This document shows, piece after piece, positions 28,443 to 37,397 of a DNA stretch of 64,000 nucleotides (positions are counted from its first letter, which is position 1; the number at the start of each line of letters is the position of its first letter). Below the pieces are notes generated by a model, which was not told the DNA's origin, ran no database searches, and saw only the letters and a program-made list of their open reading frames with translations. Origin of the DNA: Nitrosopumilus sp. (GTDB lineage: Archaea > Thermoproteota > Nitrososphaeria > Nitrososphaerales > Nitrosopumilaceae); NCBI GenBank assembly GCA_965223425.1, contig OZ245003.1, forward strand, positions 2,368,001 through 2,432,000, read 5' to 3'. The position numbers were made by a program, and so were the translations under genes.

Positions 28443-31400
28443 TTAGACTATCTTTTTATTACTCTGACTAAATTCGTTTAATGATAGTTTTTTTAACTGC
28501 TTATTAGCAATAGGAAAATTTTTTAAAATTAATTTCAAATCATCATGATCTAAATTATATATTTTAGCTACACATGCGTTAATTTGAGATTCTAAAGCAA
28601 AACGTTTAGCACTTTGAGTTTCATAATCAGAAATACCTAATGAATTGCGTAATTTGGAGAATTCATCCGTAGTGCAGATTAATTTAACTGTATTTTCAAA
28701 AACTCTATTATGTAATTTATTTGATTTATCAAATTTTGGAATAGGTAATTCCATTAAATAAAAAATATTAAGATTAGTGGCTACCTTATGACGTAAAATA
28801 AAATCAATTACAAAGGAATTAAAAATACCACATAAAAAGATAGTTTCATTTAGAGAAATTGAACGGACATGTTTTTTGCCGTTAAAGATTAAAGGAGAGA
28901 GATAATTTAACGAGTTCCCTAAAAATAAATTATACGGTAAAATTGTACTAATTAGAGTTCTTTCATTAGTTGAATTAGTTATGGATCGCCATACCAGTCT
29001 ATATTCATCACAATCAATTCTAGAGTCAGCATTATGATCTTTATTTATTTTTTTCATTCTACTGAGTTCTTTTGATTCTAAAACTGCGCGGCCCTCTTCT
29101 TCGTCAATCCAATATCTCGGTTCTAGATAATTATGTTCAAATTGATAGATCATCTTCCCTTCATAAAGAGGATATCCAACCTTGGTGGTATGAAATAGGT
29201 TGGAATTATTGGTCATATCAAATTCACGTGCAGCATGAAAATCCCATTCTTTAGAGCCCAGCAACGGATATCTGTACAGTTTTTTTAGTATCGTAAACTC
29301 TGTTTCATTTTTGCACTCCAAAAATGAGAGGGAGTTAGGCGACATAGTTTGAATATGTTTTAGATCATAATCATATGCAATTTTTTTATGATTTTGAAGT
29401 ATTGATGCATCTTCAAGATAAAAGCTGGCAAGAAATTTTTTTGTTGTATTACCTTTAGTGAATATAATTAAACAGAATTTGAATTGTCGATGAATTCCTT
29501 CAAAAATCCCTTTTTTATTGATAAATGAGTATAATGAGTTAATTTTAGTTTTCTCAATAAGCATTTCTCTTAATCCTTTGGAACCTAAATCTGAATAAAT
29601 TCCAGATGGAACTACAAATCCGCATAATCCATTTTTACCTAATTGAGCATATGATCTCTCTGTGAATAATTTATACAAATTTAGATCACTGGATTGTTTT
29701 TTGCCGTTAACTATTGATGACTGATAATAATATGAACCACTGTTAAAATATTTCATTTGTTTTTCATAATATCTGTTATACAAATCATAATCGACTTTGA
29801 TTTTTTTATCTTTCAAGCACTCTTTAACAAATTTATTTTTTTTATTTTTAGTTAACATACTAAACTTTTGTTCAGTATTTTTTAAATTATAAAAAGGAGA
29901 AAAGAATTCATCAACGTCTGGTTTTACTATCTGCCATGGTGGATTTCCAACAACCCCGTCAAACCCAGAATTCTTCCTCCGCTTCCCGTCATCATCATAA
30001 AAGATATCTGGAAACTCCAAGTCCCAATGAAAAAACGAATGTTCCTGTGACACCTTCTTGACCTGCTGCCATCTCTCGTCTGAATAAAAGTCAAGGCCGT
30101 TCTCGCCGATTTTGGCCACATAATCGCCTATCGGAGGCACATCGACACCAAACGATTTTGCCAGCTTTGCATCAAGCATGAATTTCAGATCATAGTATGT
30201 GGTTCCCTTTTGCTGCATATTCTCATATTTTACAACCTTTGTTTTTACCGCAGATGGTGTATCGTCTTCTAGCTGTTCAAGCATGATAAAGTCCTTTACA
30301 ATCTTCTTAAAACGACCCCTGCCCTTTGTGGATTCTATGAGGGTAGTCTGTTTTTCCAATATGTCGTCAATGCTAGCTCCAATCAACGAGTTTCCTGTTT
30401 TTAGATGGGCGTTCAAAAAAGATAGCGGCCTTTCAGAAGACAATGTTTCTAGCCACAAGGACACCTGTGCTAGATCCACTGCAAGTGGGTTGAGATCCAC
30501 ACCATAGATACACCGCCTGACAACATCCCTTTTTCTCTCTACAAACGCATGTTCGGAAATTTCATCTTCGTACTCTATATGGCAGATCCTTCTTGCAATA
30601 TAGTTTGTAGCTCCAACCAGAAAGTGACCTGATCCCATGGCAGGATCCAGTATGTTCAGTGCCAGTATGTCATCTACTTGCTGGCTTTTGTCCGGTGTTT
30701 TTTTAACAATGTCATCAATTAACGGTCCTATAGTGTTTTTCACGATATAATCAACAATATACTGCGGAGTGTAATAACTTCCTGTGGATTTTCTCTCCTT
30801 TGGGTTTGGGAGATCTGAAACCTTACCATCTTTTATTGTGAGGTGAAACTCCAGCAGATGCTCATAGATTGCGCCGAGATGGCGGGTCTCAAGTGCGGCA
30901 TAGTCCAAAAAGAAATAGTTGTCCTTTTTGTCACGCGTTCTGGTCAGCAGGCCTATTGCCTCAAGAAGATTCTTGTTTGGAATCTTCCATTTTTCAAGTT
31001 CGTGGTGTATTTTTCTGTCAAACAGTCTGCCATAATATGAACGCATGAAAAATTCCTCATGCTTGTAATCAAGATCCTCACTTCCAACTTCTATCAACCG
31101 AAACAACTTTCTCAGCCGTTCCTGAACCTGATACTGGCCAATCTTTTTCTTTTTCTTTTGGTCGTTTTTTAAAATCCATTCCTGCTTTATCCACTTTAAG
31201 CTAAAATTGTCATGATAGAACTTTTCATCAGGAAATATCGACCTGTCTTCCGCATAAAGGACAAACATGATCCTGTACAGCAAGATGAATGTGGGTTCTC
31301 TGATCTCTTCTAACGTATGCTCATCCAAAGTCAGTTTATTTGACTCGTCCAAAATTATTCCCTCTGATAATATCTTTAATGCCTCAAAGACATTTACCGT

Positions 31401-31916
31401 AAGCTCATTGTGAATTTGTACTGCAAACGAGTCAAAGGCATCAGATATTTTGGATACGATTGACGATGCGGTCATTTTCGGTTCAACCTTGATTTTTTCG
31501 AGGAATTCCACAAAGGTTTTTGGAACGCCAGCATCTGGTCTGATATCTATTGGAACGTGTCTTGTTTCTGAAAAAGACTTTGAGAATTCCTTCGAAAGGC
31601 TTGAAAACACCCACTTGAATCCGCCCGGATTGTGCGAGCACACCATGCAAAATCCGTTATTCTGCTTGATTATCTTGGCAGCTATCCCCTTCCAGTTTCT
31701 CAGGGAATCTGTGTTTGTCTGGACATAGTAAATTCGGTAATCGTTTTTGCTTGCAATTATTCTGGCCTCTGAGACGGTCTGTTTTTGTTCCTTGCTCCAA
31801 CTATCCTTGTTGACTGGCTTGTTTTCAAAATCAAAGTTCAATTCTGAGAATAGACTGCGTAACGAATCCAGATCTTTTAGCCTGTATGCCAAGTTTTCCA
31901 GCTTTTTATCTACCAA
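28443..31916 (-). CDS. Eco57I-like / type IIG-like adenine DNA methyltransferase with C-terminal TRD
   Basis: LGAIYEHLL, GSYYTP, motif I DPAMGSGHF, GVDLNP, GNSL and motif IV GNPPW. Confidence 0.92.
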   Translation of the reverse strand: MVDKKLENLAYRLKDLDSLRSLFSELNFDFENKPVNKDSWSKEQKQTVSEARIIASKNDYRIYYVQTNTDSLRNWKGIAAKIIKQNNGFCMVCSHNPGGFKWVFSSLSKEFSKSFSETRHVPIDIRPDAGVPKTFVEFLEKIKVEPKMTASSIVSKISDAFDSFAVQIHNELTVNVFEALKILSEGIILDESNKLTLDEHTLEEIREPTFILLYRIMFVLYAEDRSIFPDEKFYHDNFSLKWIKQEWILKNDQKKKKKIGQYQVQERLRKLFRLIEVGSEDLDYKHEEFFMRSYYGRLFDRKIHHELEKWKIPNKNLLEAIGLLTRTRDKKDNYFFLDYAALETRHLGAIYEHLLEFHLTIKDGKVSDLPNPKERKSTGSYYTPQYIVDYIVKNTIGPLIDDIVKKTPDKSQQVDDILALNILDPAMGSGHFLVGATNYIARRICHIEYEDEISEHAFVERKRDVVRRCIYGVDLNPLAVDLAQVSLWLETLSSERPLSFLNAHLKTGNSLIGASIDDILEKQTTLIESTKGRGRFKKIVKDFIMLEQLEDDTPSAVKTKVVKYENMQQKGTTYYDLKFMLDAKLAKSFGVDVPPIGDYVAKIGENGLDFYSDERWQQVKKVSQEHSFFHWDLEFPDIFYDDDGKRRKNSGFDGVVGNPPWQIVKPDVDEFFSPFYNLKNTEQKFSMLTKNKKNKFVKECLKDKKIKVDYDLYNRYYEKQMKYFNSGSYYYQSSIVNGKKQSSDLNLYKLFTERSYAQLGKNGLCGFVVPSGIYSDLGSKGLREMLIEKTKINSLYSFINKKGIFEGIHRQFKFCLIIFTKGNTTKKFLASFYLEDASILQNHKKIAYDYDLKHIQTMSPNSLSFLECKNETEFTILKKLYRYPLLGSKEWDFHAAREFDMTNNSNLFHTTKVGYPLYEGKMIYQFEHNYLEPRYWIDEEEGRAVLESKELSRMKKINKDHNADSRIDCDEYRLVWRSITNSTNERTLISTILPYNLFLGNSLNYLSPLIFNGKKHVRSISLNETIFLCGIFNSFVIDFILRHKVATNLNIFYLMELPIPKFDKSNKLHNRVFENTVKLICTTDEFSKLRNSLGISDYETQSAKRFALESQINACVAKIYNLDHDDLKLILKNFPIANKQLKKLSLNEFSQSNKKIV
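29044..29356 (-). repeat. Inverted repeat copy R1b (313 bp) inside the main methyltransferase gene
   Basis: Encodes IQTMSPNS...LSRMKKI, the same as 26386-26828. Confidence 0.95.
29934..30125 (-). repeat. Diverged inverted repeat copy R2a, matching 39018-39209
   Basis: DYVAKIG.NGLDFYSDERWQQVK...FDGVVGNPP shared; perfect stretches of 21 and 20 bp in the first ~70 bp. Confidence 0.88.
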
Positions 31917-31918
31917 AT

Positions 31919-34900
31919 TTAATCGCCCACATATTTGCTGTACAGAATCCGAGGGGACTTGCTTTCCTCCTCGCTTTGTTTTATCTGGTTTTGCAGATTG
32001 TAGTGCAGGTATAGCTGGCCAAGATGCTCCAACAAATCCGAGTCTTTCATTTCACTCTTTTTGATTTTCAACAGTTCCTTGTTCAACTTTCCCTTCAGGA
32101 TTGGGATGGAATATGCCTTTCGAAGAGTTTCAATCATCTCTTTTTTATCAAGAAATTCCTTGATACTGTCCATCTTTATCAGTTTTTCAATCACCCATCT
32201 TTGTGCGGTACCAAGCCTCATGCCGGTTTCTCTGGCCTGGATCTGTTCTGTATCCTCAACAAATTTCTTCCAGCCCACAGACACTAGTCTGTCATAGTCT
32301 GAAGGGGCAGAATAAACTGCTGCATCGTCTGACTCTAAAATTTCTAAGGCTTCCTGCGACCTTATCTCTCTGACCTCTCCTTTCTGGCTGATTAGATAGT
32401 ATTTTCGCACCTTGCCACTCCTCTCTGTTCCGCTCTCACACGCCAAAAGCAACCGGCCAGCAGATTTTATATTGCCTGAGCTTCTTACTCCGTCAGGAAT
32501 TGACTTTATCTCTTTCCAAAACTCTGGCTTGTTGATCTGAATGTCTCGCAGAATCTTCTCAAATTTTGATGGCTCTAAGAGGTTTTCCTCCTCCCTGTCC
32601 AAAATTGATGCATCGCACTTGTAGATTGCATAATTGTCACTGGTGTTTATTGGCTCGCCAGGTTTGAGTATCTGATAGTCTTCCCCGATTATCTTTTGTA
32701 TGCTGTTAATTTTGTTGTCTACTTGATCCTCAAGGCTGAAATGCTCTTTCATCTCTGGATCTAGAAGAAAATTATGCACCGTAACGAATTCGTTTTTGCT
32801 TCCAATTCTGTCTACCCTTCCAGCCCTCTGAATCAGCCTAGTCGGATTCCAGTGAAAGTCATAGTTGATTATTACCTGGCCTGCTTGAAGGTTTACTCCT
32901 TCGGATAACACATCAGTAGAGATCAACAAAGAAGTCTGATCGTCTTTTTTGAGTTTTGGTCCATTGCTTGGATTGTTGTCCGGATCAAATCGTCTGGCAC
33001 ATTCGATAGAATTGCCGGTATCCGAATCCACCTGCTCTTTGATTTTCTTCCATCGTATGTACTCATACAGGTATTTTGCAGTGGTGGCAAATTCCGAGAA
33101 TATGAGAACCTTCTTTCCAGAATATTCCTTGTCTAGAAGATCCTGCAACCTGTGCAGCTTGTCATCGGTCTTCCACGTAAGCCTATGGACAAGCCCGTCA
33201 ATTGTCTCAAATATCTCTTTATCATTTTGGATGTCAGAAGCAAGTCTCTCAATATCGAATGCCTCAAACTTGTACTTTGTCTCCCCAGCTTCCTGAACTT
33301 TTTTCCTAAACTCGTCAATAGTTTTAGGATCATATATCGAATCAGGATCAGATTGTGCAATCTCGTACATTTCCTTGTAGGACACATCCCCTATGGGAAT
33401 AATTCCCTCCTCTAGCAATTTGAGGAAAATATTGTGACTGTTGATGTAGTGTCTGATACTTTGTTTGAATGCCTCAAGGCTACTCTCCATCCTCTTTAGC
33501 AAGAGCGTCCTGATTAGTCCTATGAGTTTTGTCCCTGCTGTCTTTAGTTCCTTGTATAGCTCAACTTCTTTGTATTCGTCCTTCAAATACGATCCAATAC
33601 TATATCTTGCAAGAGTGAGGGTTTTTTCACCGAGCTTTTCTGGTTTTGGGTCCAAACTTGCGTTTGCGGTCATAAACTGATCCCTACAAGTGAGGGTTTT
33701 TTCACCGAGCTTTTCTGGTTTTGGGCTGGCAAGATAACCTACAATAGTCTCAAATTTTCTCTGATAGACTTTGTTGATATCATACCGCTCCGTTCTCATT
33801 TCTCGTTGAGGAAAATATTTTTTCTCATTCCCAACTTGTAGGTATGATCTACCGCCTTCATCTTCTTTGCCCCATTGTTTTAGGACATACCTCCGGGTTC
33901 TCCGTATCATGATGTTTCTGAGCAGATCTACCAAACTCGCCTCCCCGTTTTTTACCTGTATAAAGTATCTGTCAAGATCAGTTTCATTTGCTGGGGGTAT
34001 GAACGTCTGCGGCGTTTGGTGGAATAACATTATCTGGTTTTTAATGTCAGCAGCTTTGTTTGAATATGGAGTTGCGGTAAGCAGTATGGCCTTTGCATCC
34101 TGCGCCTGCATGAACTGATGTAGGTTTTCATACTGTCTTGAATTGTTGTTCCTGAAGTGATGGCTCTCATCAATCAACACCAGATCCCTGCTCTTGTACC
34201 TATAGTCCTGATACAGTTCAAAATTTTCCTGTGATAATTGACCCCTCGACAAAACCTTTGCGTCCACCTCATAATCCTCACAGAATTTTTCCCACATTGG
34301 CATGAGGGGCGGCGGGCAGATAATCAGAGGCCTGTAATCTTGAAGCTGCAGATACTTCAGTAACGCGGTTCCGATGTAGGTCTTTCCCAATCCGACAACA
34401 TCTCCAATTATCATGCCGCCATACAGTTCAAACATTGTAAGGCCTTGATCCACCGCATTTCTCTGAAATGGGAACAGTTTCGGAAATGTTTGTTCCCATA
34501 TGGGATCAATTTCGTGTTGCCCCTCCAGCCTTTCCTTATACTCCAGATATGTAGCCTTTAAAAACAGGTCTCTGGGCGAATATATTTTTCCTGCCCACGA
34601 ATTTGTCAGTATCAGATTAAAATCCTCTGTGAACTCTAGTCCGTCTTTCCATAACGTATCAAACCATTTCAACAGTTGGTTTACATCCAGTGGATTTTGT
34701 GTTTTGAGGTTAAGCTCGCTGTTCTGGGAGATTCCCGCAATGGACAAATTGCTTGAACCAACAACGCCCATACCCTGTGAGAAGTCGGTATCTGTTGGCT
34801 GAAAGATATACGCCTTTGCGTGCAGCTTCTCTTTTGGGTATACTCTTACTTCTAGCTGTTTTGACTTCATCATTTCAATGAGTAATTCCACTACAGTTTT

Positions 34901-35257
34901 GTCATCGACAGTCTGACTCATGTGTTCTAGAGATTGTTTTACGTTGTCCCTACAGTCTGAAATCACACTGCTCTTCCTGTCGGCGTTTACAAAATTTTTC
35001 TTATCAACTTCGGTTTGCGCTTCCCGGATGCTATGAAACCCCTCAATTAGGGCTTCTGCGGTAGTCTTGTCGGTGGTATTTGAGATTAGCAGACGAATTT
35101 TATCTACACCCTTTAGGGATTGAATAACAACTGAGAGCCCAGAGATGAAAAAATAGCCTACTGCGATACTAGCCTTTTCGGTCTTTGGAAGAATTCGTAG
35201 AAGTTCGTCTTTCAGAATCACATCTCTGTTGTCAATTACGTTGTCTTCCCGAAGCAT
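31919..35257 (-). CDS. PLD-nuclease + SNF2-like helicase, partner of the methyltransferase
   Basis: LHAKAY and GSSNLS (PLD); GDVVGLGKT, IDESHHFRN, LTATP and QRAGRVDRIG (SF2); 2 nt from the MTase start. Confidence 0.92.
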   Translation of the reverse strand: MLREDNVIDNRDVILKDELLRILPKTEKASIAVGYFFISGLSVVIQSLKGVDKIRLLISNTTDKTTAEALIEGFHSIREAQTEVDKKNFVNADRKSSVISDCRDNVKQSLEHMSQTVDDKTVVELLIEMMKSKQLEVRVYPKEKLHAKAYIFQPTDTDFSQGMGVVGSSNLSIAGISQNSELNLKTQNPLDVNQLLKWFDTLWKDGLEFTEDFNLILTNSWAGKIYSPRDLFLKATYLEYKERLEGQHEIDPIWEQTFPKLFPFQRNAVDQGLTMFELYGGMIIGDVVGLGKTYIGTALLKYLQLQDYRPLIICPPPLMPMWEKFCEDYEVDAKVLSRGQLSQENFELYQDYRYKSRDLVLIDESHHFRNNNSRQYENLHQFMQAQDAKAILLTATPYSNKAADIKNQIMLFHQTPQTFIPPANETDLDRYFIQVKNGEASLVDLLRNIMIRRTRRYVLKQWGKEDEGGRSYLQVGNEKKYFPQREMRTERYDINKVYQRKFETIVGYLASPKPEKLGEKTLTCRDQFMTANASLDPKPEKLGEKTLTLARYSIGSYLKDEYKEVELYKELKTAGTKLIGLIRTLLLKRMESSLEAFKQSIRHYINSHNIFLKLLEEGIIPIGDVSYKEMYEIAQSDPDSIYDPKTIDEFRKKVQEAGETKYKFEAFDIERLASDIQNDKEIFETIDGLVHRLTWKTDDKLHRLQDLLDKEYSGKKVLIFSEFATTAKYLYEYIRWKKIKEQVDSDTGNSIECARRFDPDNNPSNGPKLKKDDQTSLLISTDVLSEGVNLQAGQVIINYDFHWNPTRLIQRAGRVDRIGSKNEFVTVHNFLLDPEMKEHFSLEDQVDNKINSIQKIIGEDYQILKPGEPINTSDNYAIYKCDASILDREEENLLEPSKFEKILRDIQINKPEFWKEIKSIPDGVRSSGNIKSAGRLLLACESGTERSGKVRKYYLISQKGEVREIRSQEALEILESDDAAVYSAPSDYDRLVSVGWKKFVEDTEQIQARETGMRLGTAQRWVIEKLIKMDSIKEFLDKKEMIETLRKAYSIPILKGKLNKELLKIKKSEMKDSDLLEHLGQLYLHYNLQNQIKQSEEESKSPRILYSKYVGD
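33614..33725. repeat. 37-bp perfect direct repeat flanking a 38-bp unique spacer, in frame within the helicase
   Basis: AGTGAGGGTTTTTTCACCGAGCTTTTCTGGTTTTGGG at 33614-33650 and 33689-33725; PKPEKLGEKTLT occurs twice in the protein. Confidence 0.95.
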
Positions 35258-35439
35258 GCATGCGCATATACTTCATTTCTTGATAAATGTTGTTGAATAA
35301 AAACGAGCTCCAGTTAACCCAAAAGTACCTGTAGGGGTGGCGGTGTGGAAGCGACGCGTTGTGGTTGATCTAGACTGACAGGTGGAAGACGAGATCAGGG
35401 TGCGACGGGGCGGTTTATCATGTTTTCAACACACTACGA

Positions 35440-36399
35440 TTGCGCATAATCTCTAATATAACAACCTCCAGATTTGCTGGTATCATGCACATGCAAGATC
35501 ACGAAAATCAAAATGCAAGAACTTTGCCAAAGTATATGGACGTATTGAAATTAAAATCAAAGTCCACTCAAAAACTCTTTTCATCTACCATGAACAACAT
35601 CTGCATGTTTGGCCGAATCGACATGACAAAGATATTAGAGTATGACGAAGAGGAGATACATGATCGTCTCCAAGACTGGATAATGTGGAACGCCAAACGG
35701 GGAATCACCACTGCAAGCATTATGTGCTATTTCAACTCGTTTAGATCCTATTTGAGGTATCGCAGAATTAGGATTGACTGGAACTACATGCTCCATGATC
35801 TCACGTTTCCACAGATGCTACACGAGAACAAGACGCCGGTAACACCTGATGTAATAAGGAAGATCCTTTCCGTATCGGAACCCGAGTTCAGATTCCAGCT
35901 TCTGGCGCTGGTATCAAGCGGAATGAGATCTGGCGAGCTTGGCCAGATAAGGCCAAAACACCTCGATTTTACATGTTCAAACATAGCAGTCAGAATACCC
36001 GCACAGATAACCAAGACCGGAAGATCACGAGTTACGTTTTTTTCACGGCAGGTATCTGACATGATACGGTACAGAATGAAAAACAAACCGGAATTTACGT
36101 TCTGCGGAACCAGAACGCCGGAGCAGTCCCTGAACCTGATCATAAAGCGGTTTTCTGTAGCAAGAAAAAAAACGGGCATGATCGAACGGTATGATCACTG
36201 CAAGCAAAACAGGTACAAGGTTCACGTCCATGGCCTGCGCTCGTACTTCATAACCAAGACAAACAAGATACAGTTCGGGTTGGGGCATATCTTGGCCGGA
36301 CATGACTTTTACATGAAGCAGTACAACCAGTACACTGTTGACGAAATGCTGTCAATGTACAGGGATGCCGAGGATGACCTTACATTCCGAGGAATATGA
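35440..36399 (+). CDS. Tyrosine recombinase/integrase (start probably ~35485-35491)
   Basis: SSGMRSGE, TKTGRSR, HGLRSYF, LAGH and QYNQY motifs. Confidence 0.92.
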   Translation: MRIISNITTSRFAGIMHMQDHENQNARTLPKYMDVLKLKSKSTQKLFSSTMNNICMFGRIDMTKILEYDEEEIHDRLQDWIMWNAKRGITTASIMCYFNSFRSYLRYRRIRIDWNYMLHDLTFPQMLHENKTPVTPDVIRKILSVSEPEFRFQLLALVSSGMRSGELGQIRPKHLDFTCSNIAVRIPAQITKTGRSRVTFFSRQVSDMIRYRMKNKPEFTFCGTRTPEQSLNLIIKRFSVARKKTGMIERYDHCKQNRYKVHVHGLRSYFITKTNKIQFGLGHILAGHDFYMKQYNQYTVDEMLSMYRDAEDDLTFRGI

Positions 36400-36453
36400 G
36401 CTACAGAACGCTTTTTGGCTACAAAAATTTACAAAACGTTTGATTCTCGGTTT

Positions 36454-36684
36454 TTATAATATGTTCTCCAAATCCTCTTTTGTGGTCTTGTCGTCCTTGC
36501 TTGTTATTCTGACTGAACCCTTTGGCTCTATCATGTAGGAGAGCGGATTGTCATCGCACCCGTAAAGCTCCAGTATGTCAGAATCATCATCAGGTTTCAT
36601 ATATTTGGCATGTCTTTTCTCGGTTAAATTAGTTTTCATGCCAGAATCAGTATCCCTAAACCTATCGGTATCAGGTACCACCAC
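36454..36684 (-). CDS. Small hypothetical protein
   Basis: 76 aa ORF overlapping the end of the upstream membrane gene. Confidence 0.4.
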   Translation of the reverse strand: MVVPDTDRFRDTDSGMKTNLTEKRHAKYMKPDDDSDILELYGCDDNPLSYMIEPKGSVRITSKDDKTTKEDLENIL

Positions 36685-37397
36685 GTGTATCTGGCACGGA
36701 TGGATTGGTTGCCAATCAACTGTGGGAGTAGCAATGAACCACCAATCACGAACAGTCCGATCTCCACCTGCTTGGCGAAGATTCCTGTGTCTGGCGGCTC
36801 TCCCAAAAATACGACGTATTTTAACATCGCTACTGCAAAGGACATGGCAGTAAGGACTGCAAGTACCATCTTCATGGTGGCAACAGAGGCAGTCTTGGGC
36901 TTGAAAGAGTATGATATCTCAAGGCCTTTTTCAGTCTCGGATGGTATTCTGAACTGTACGGAATTGTTGGTCTTGAACTTTTGCACATGTCTTGGACTCG
37001 CATGGCCTTGTTCCATTTTGTCGTCTTTAATGGTGCTGTACTGCGTGCGGGCAAAATCAAATTCGGCTGGTGTAAAAAGTGTATAATACAGCGGATACGG
37101 CTGTTTCTTAATTCCAATCTTCAAAACAGAGTTCGGCAACCTTGCTTGGTGCGGGGAATAAGTCAGCCTGATCGTTCGCACCTCGTTGTTTCTCATAGCC
37201 TTACTATCTGGAAGCTTGATCCACACTACATGAAGCTGTCCCGAACCTATCCTTGAATCAAGATCCTCAAGTTTTTCCTGTGTTTTGTCGTTATCGTTCT
37301 TAGCAAAATGCTTGATCAACCTTCGAACATCCCTTGTCGTCATGACTGGTAGCAAAGAACCGTCATCATCTTGAACCATCAAGTTTGGTAGAAATGT

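Noticed and set aside
26386-29356. Diversity-generating retroelement TR/VR pair
   Set aside because: The copies are essentially identical with no adenine-specific mismatches, and there is no reverse transcriptase in the window
33614-33725. Functional CRISPR array
   Set aside because: Only two repeats, inside a coding frame, with no leader or cas genes; kept only as a possible integration scar
28443-35257. Complete BREX or DISARM system
   Set aside because: No PglZ, BrxC, DrmA or DrmB-like genes recognised
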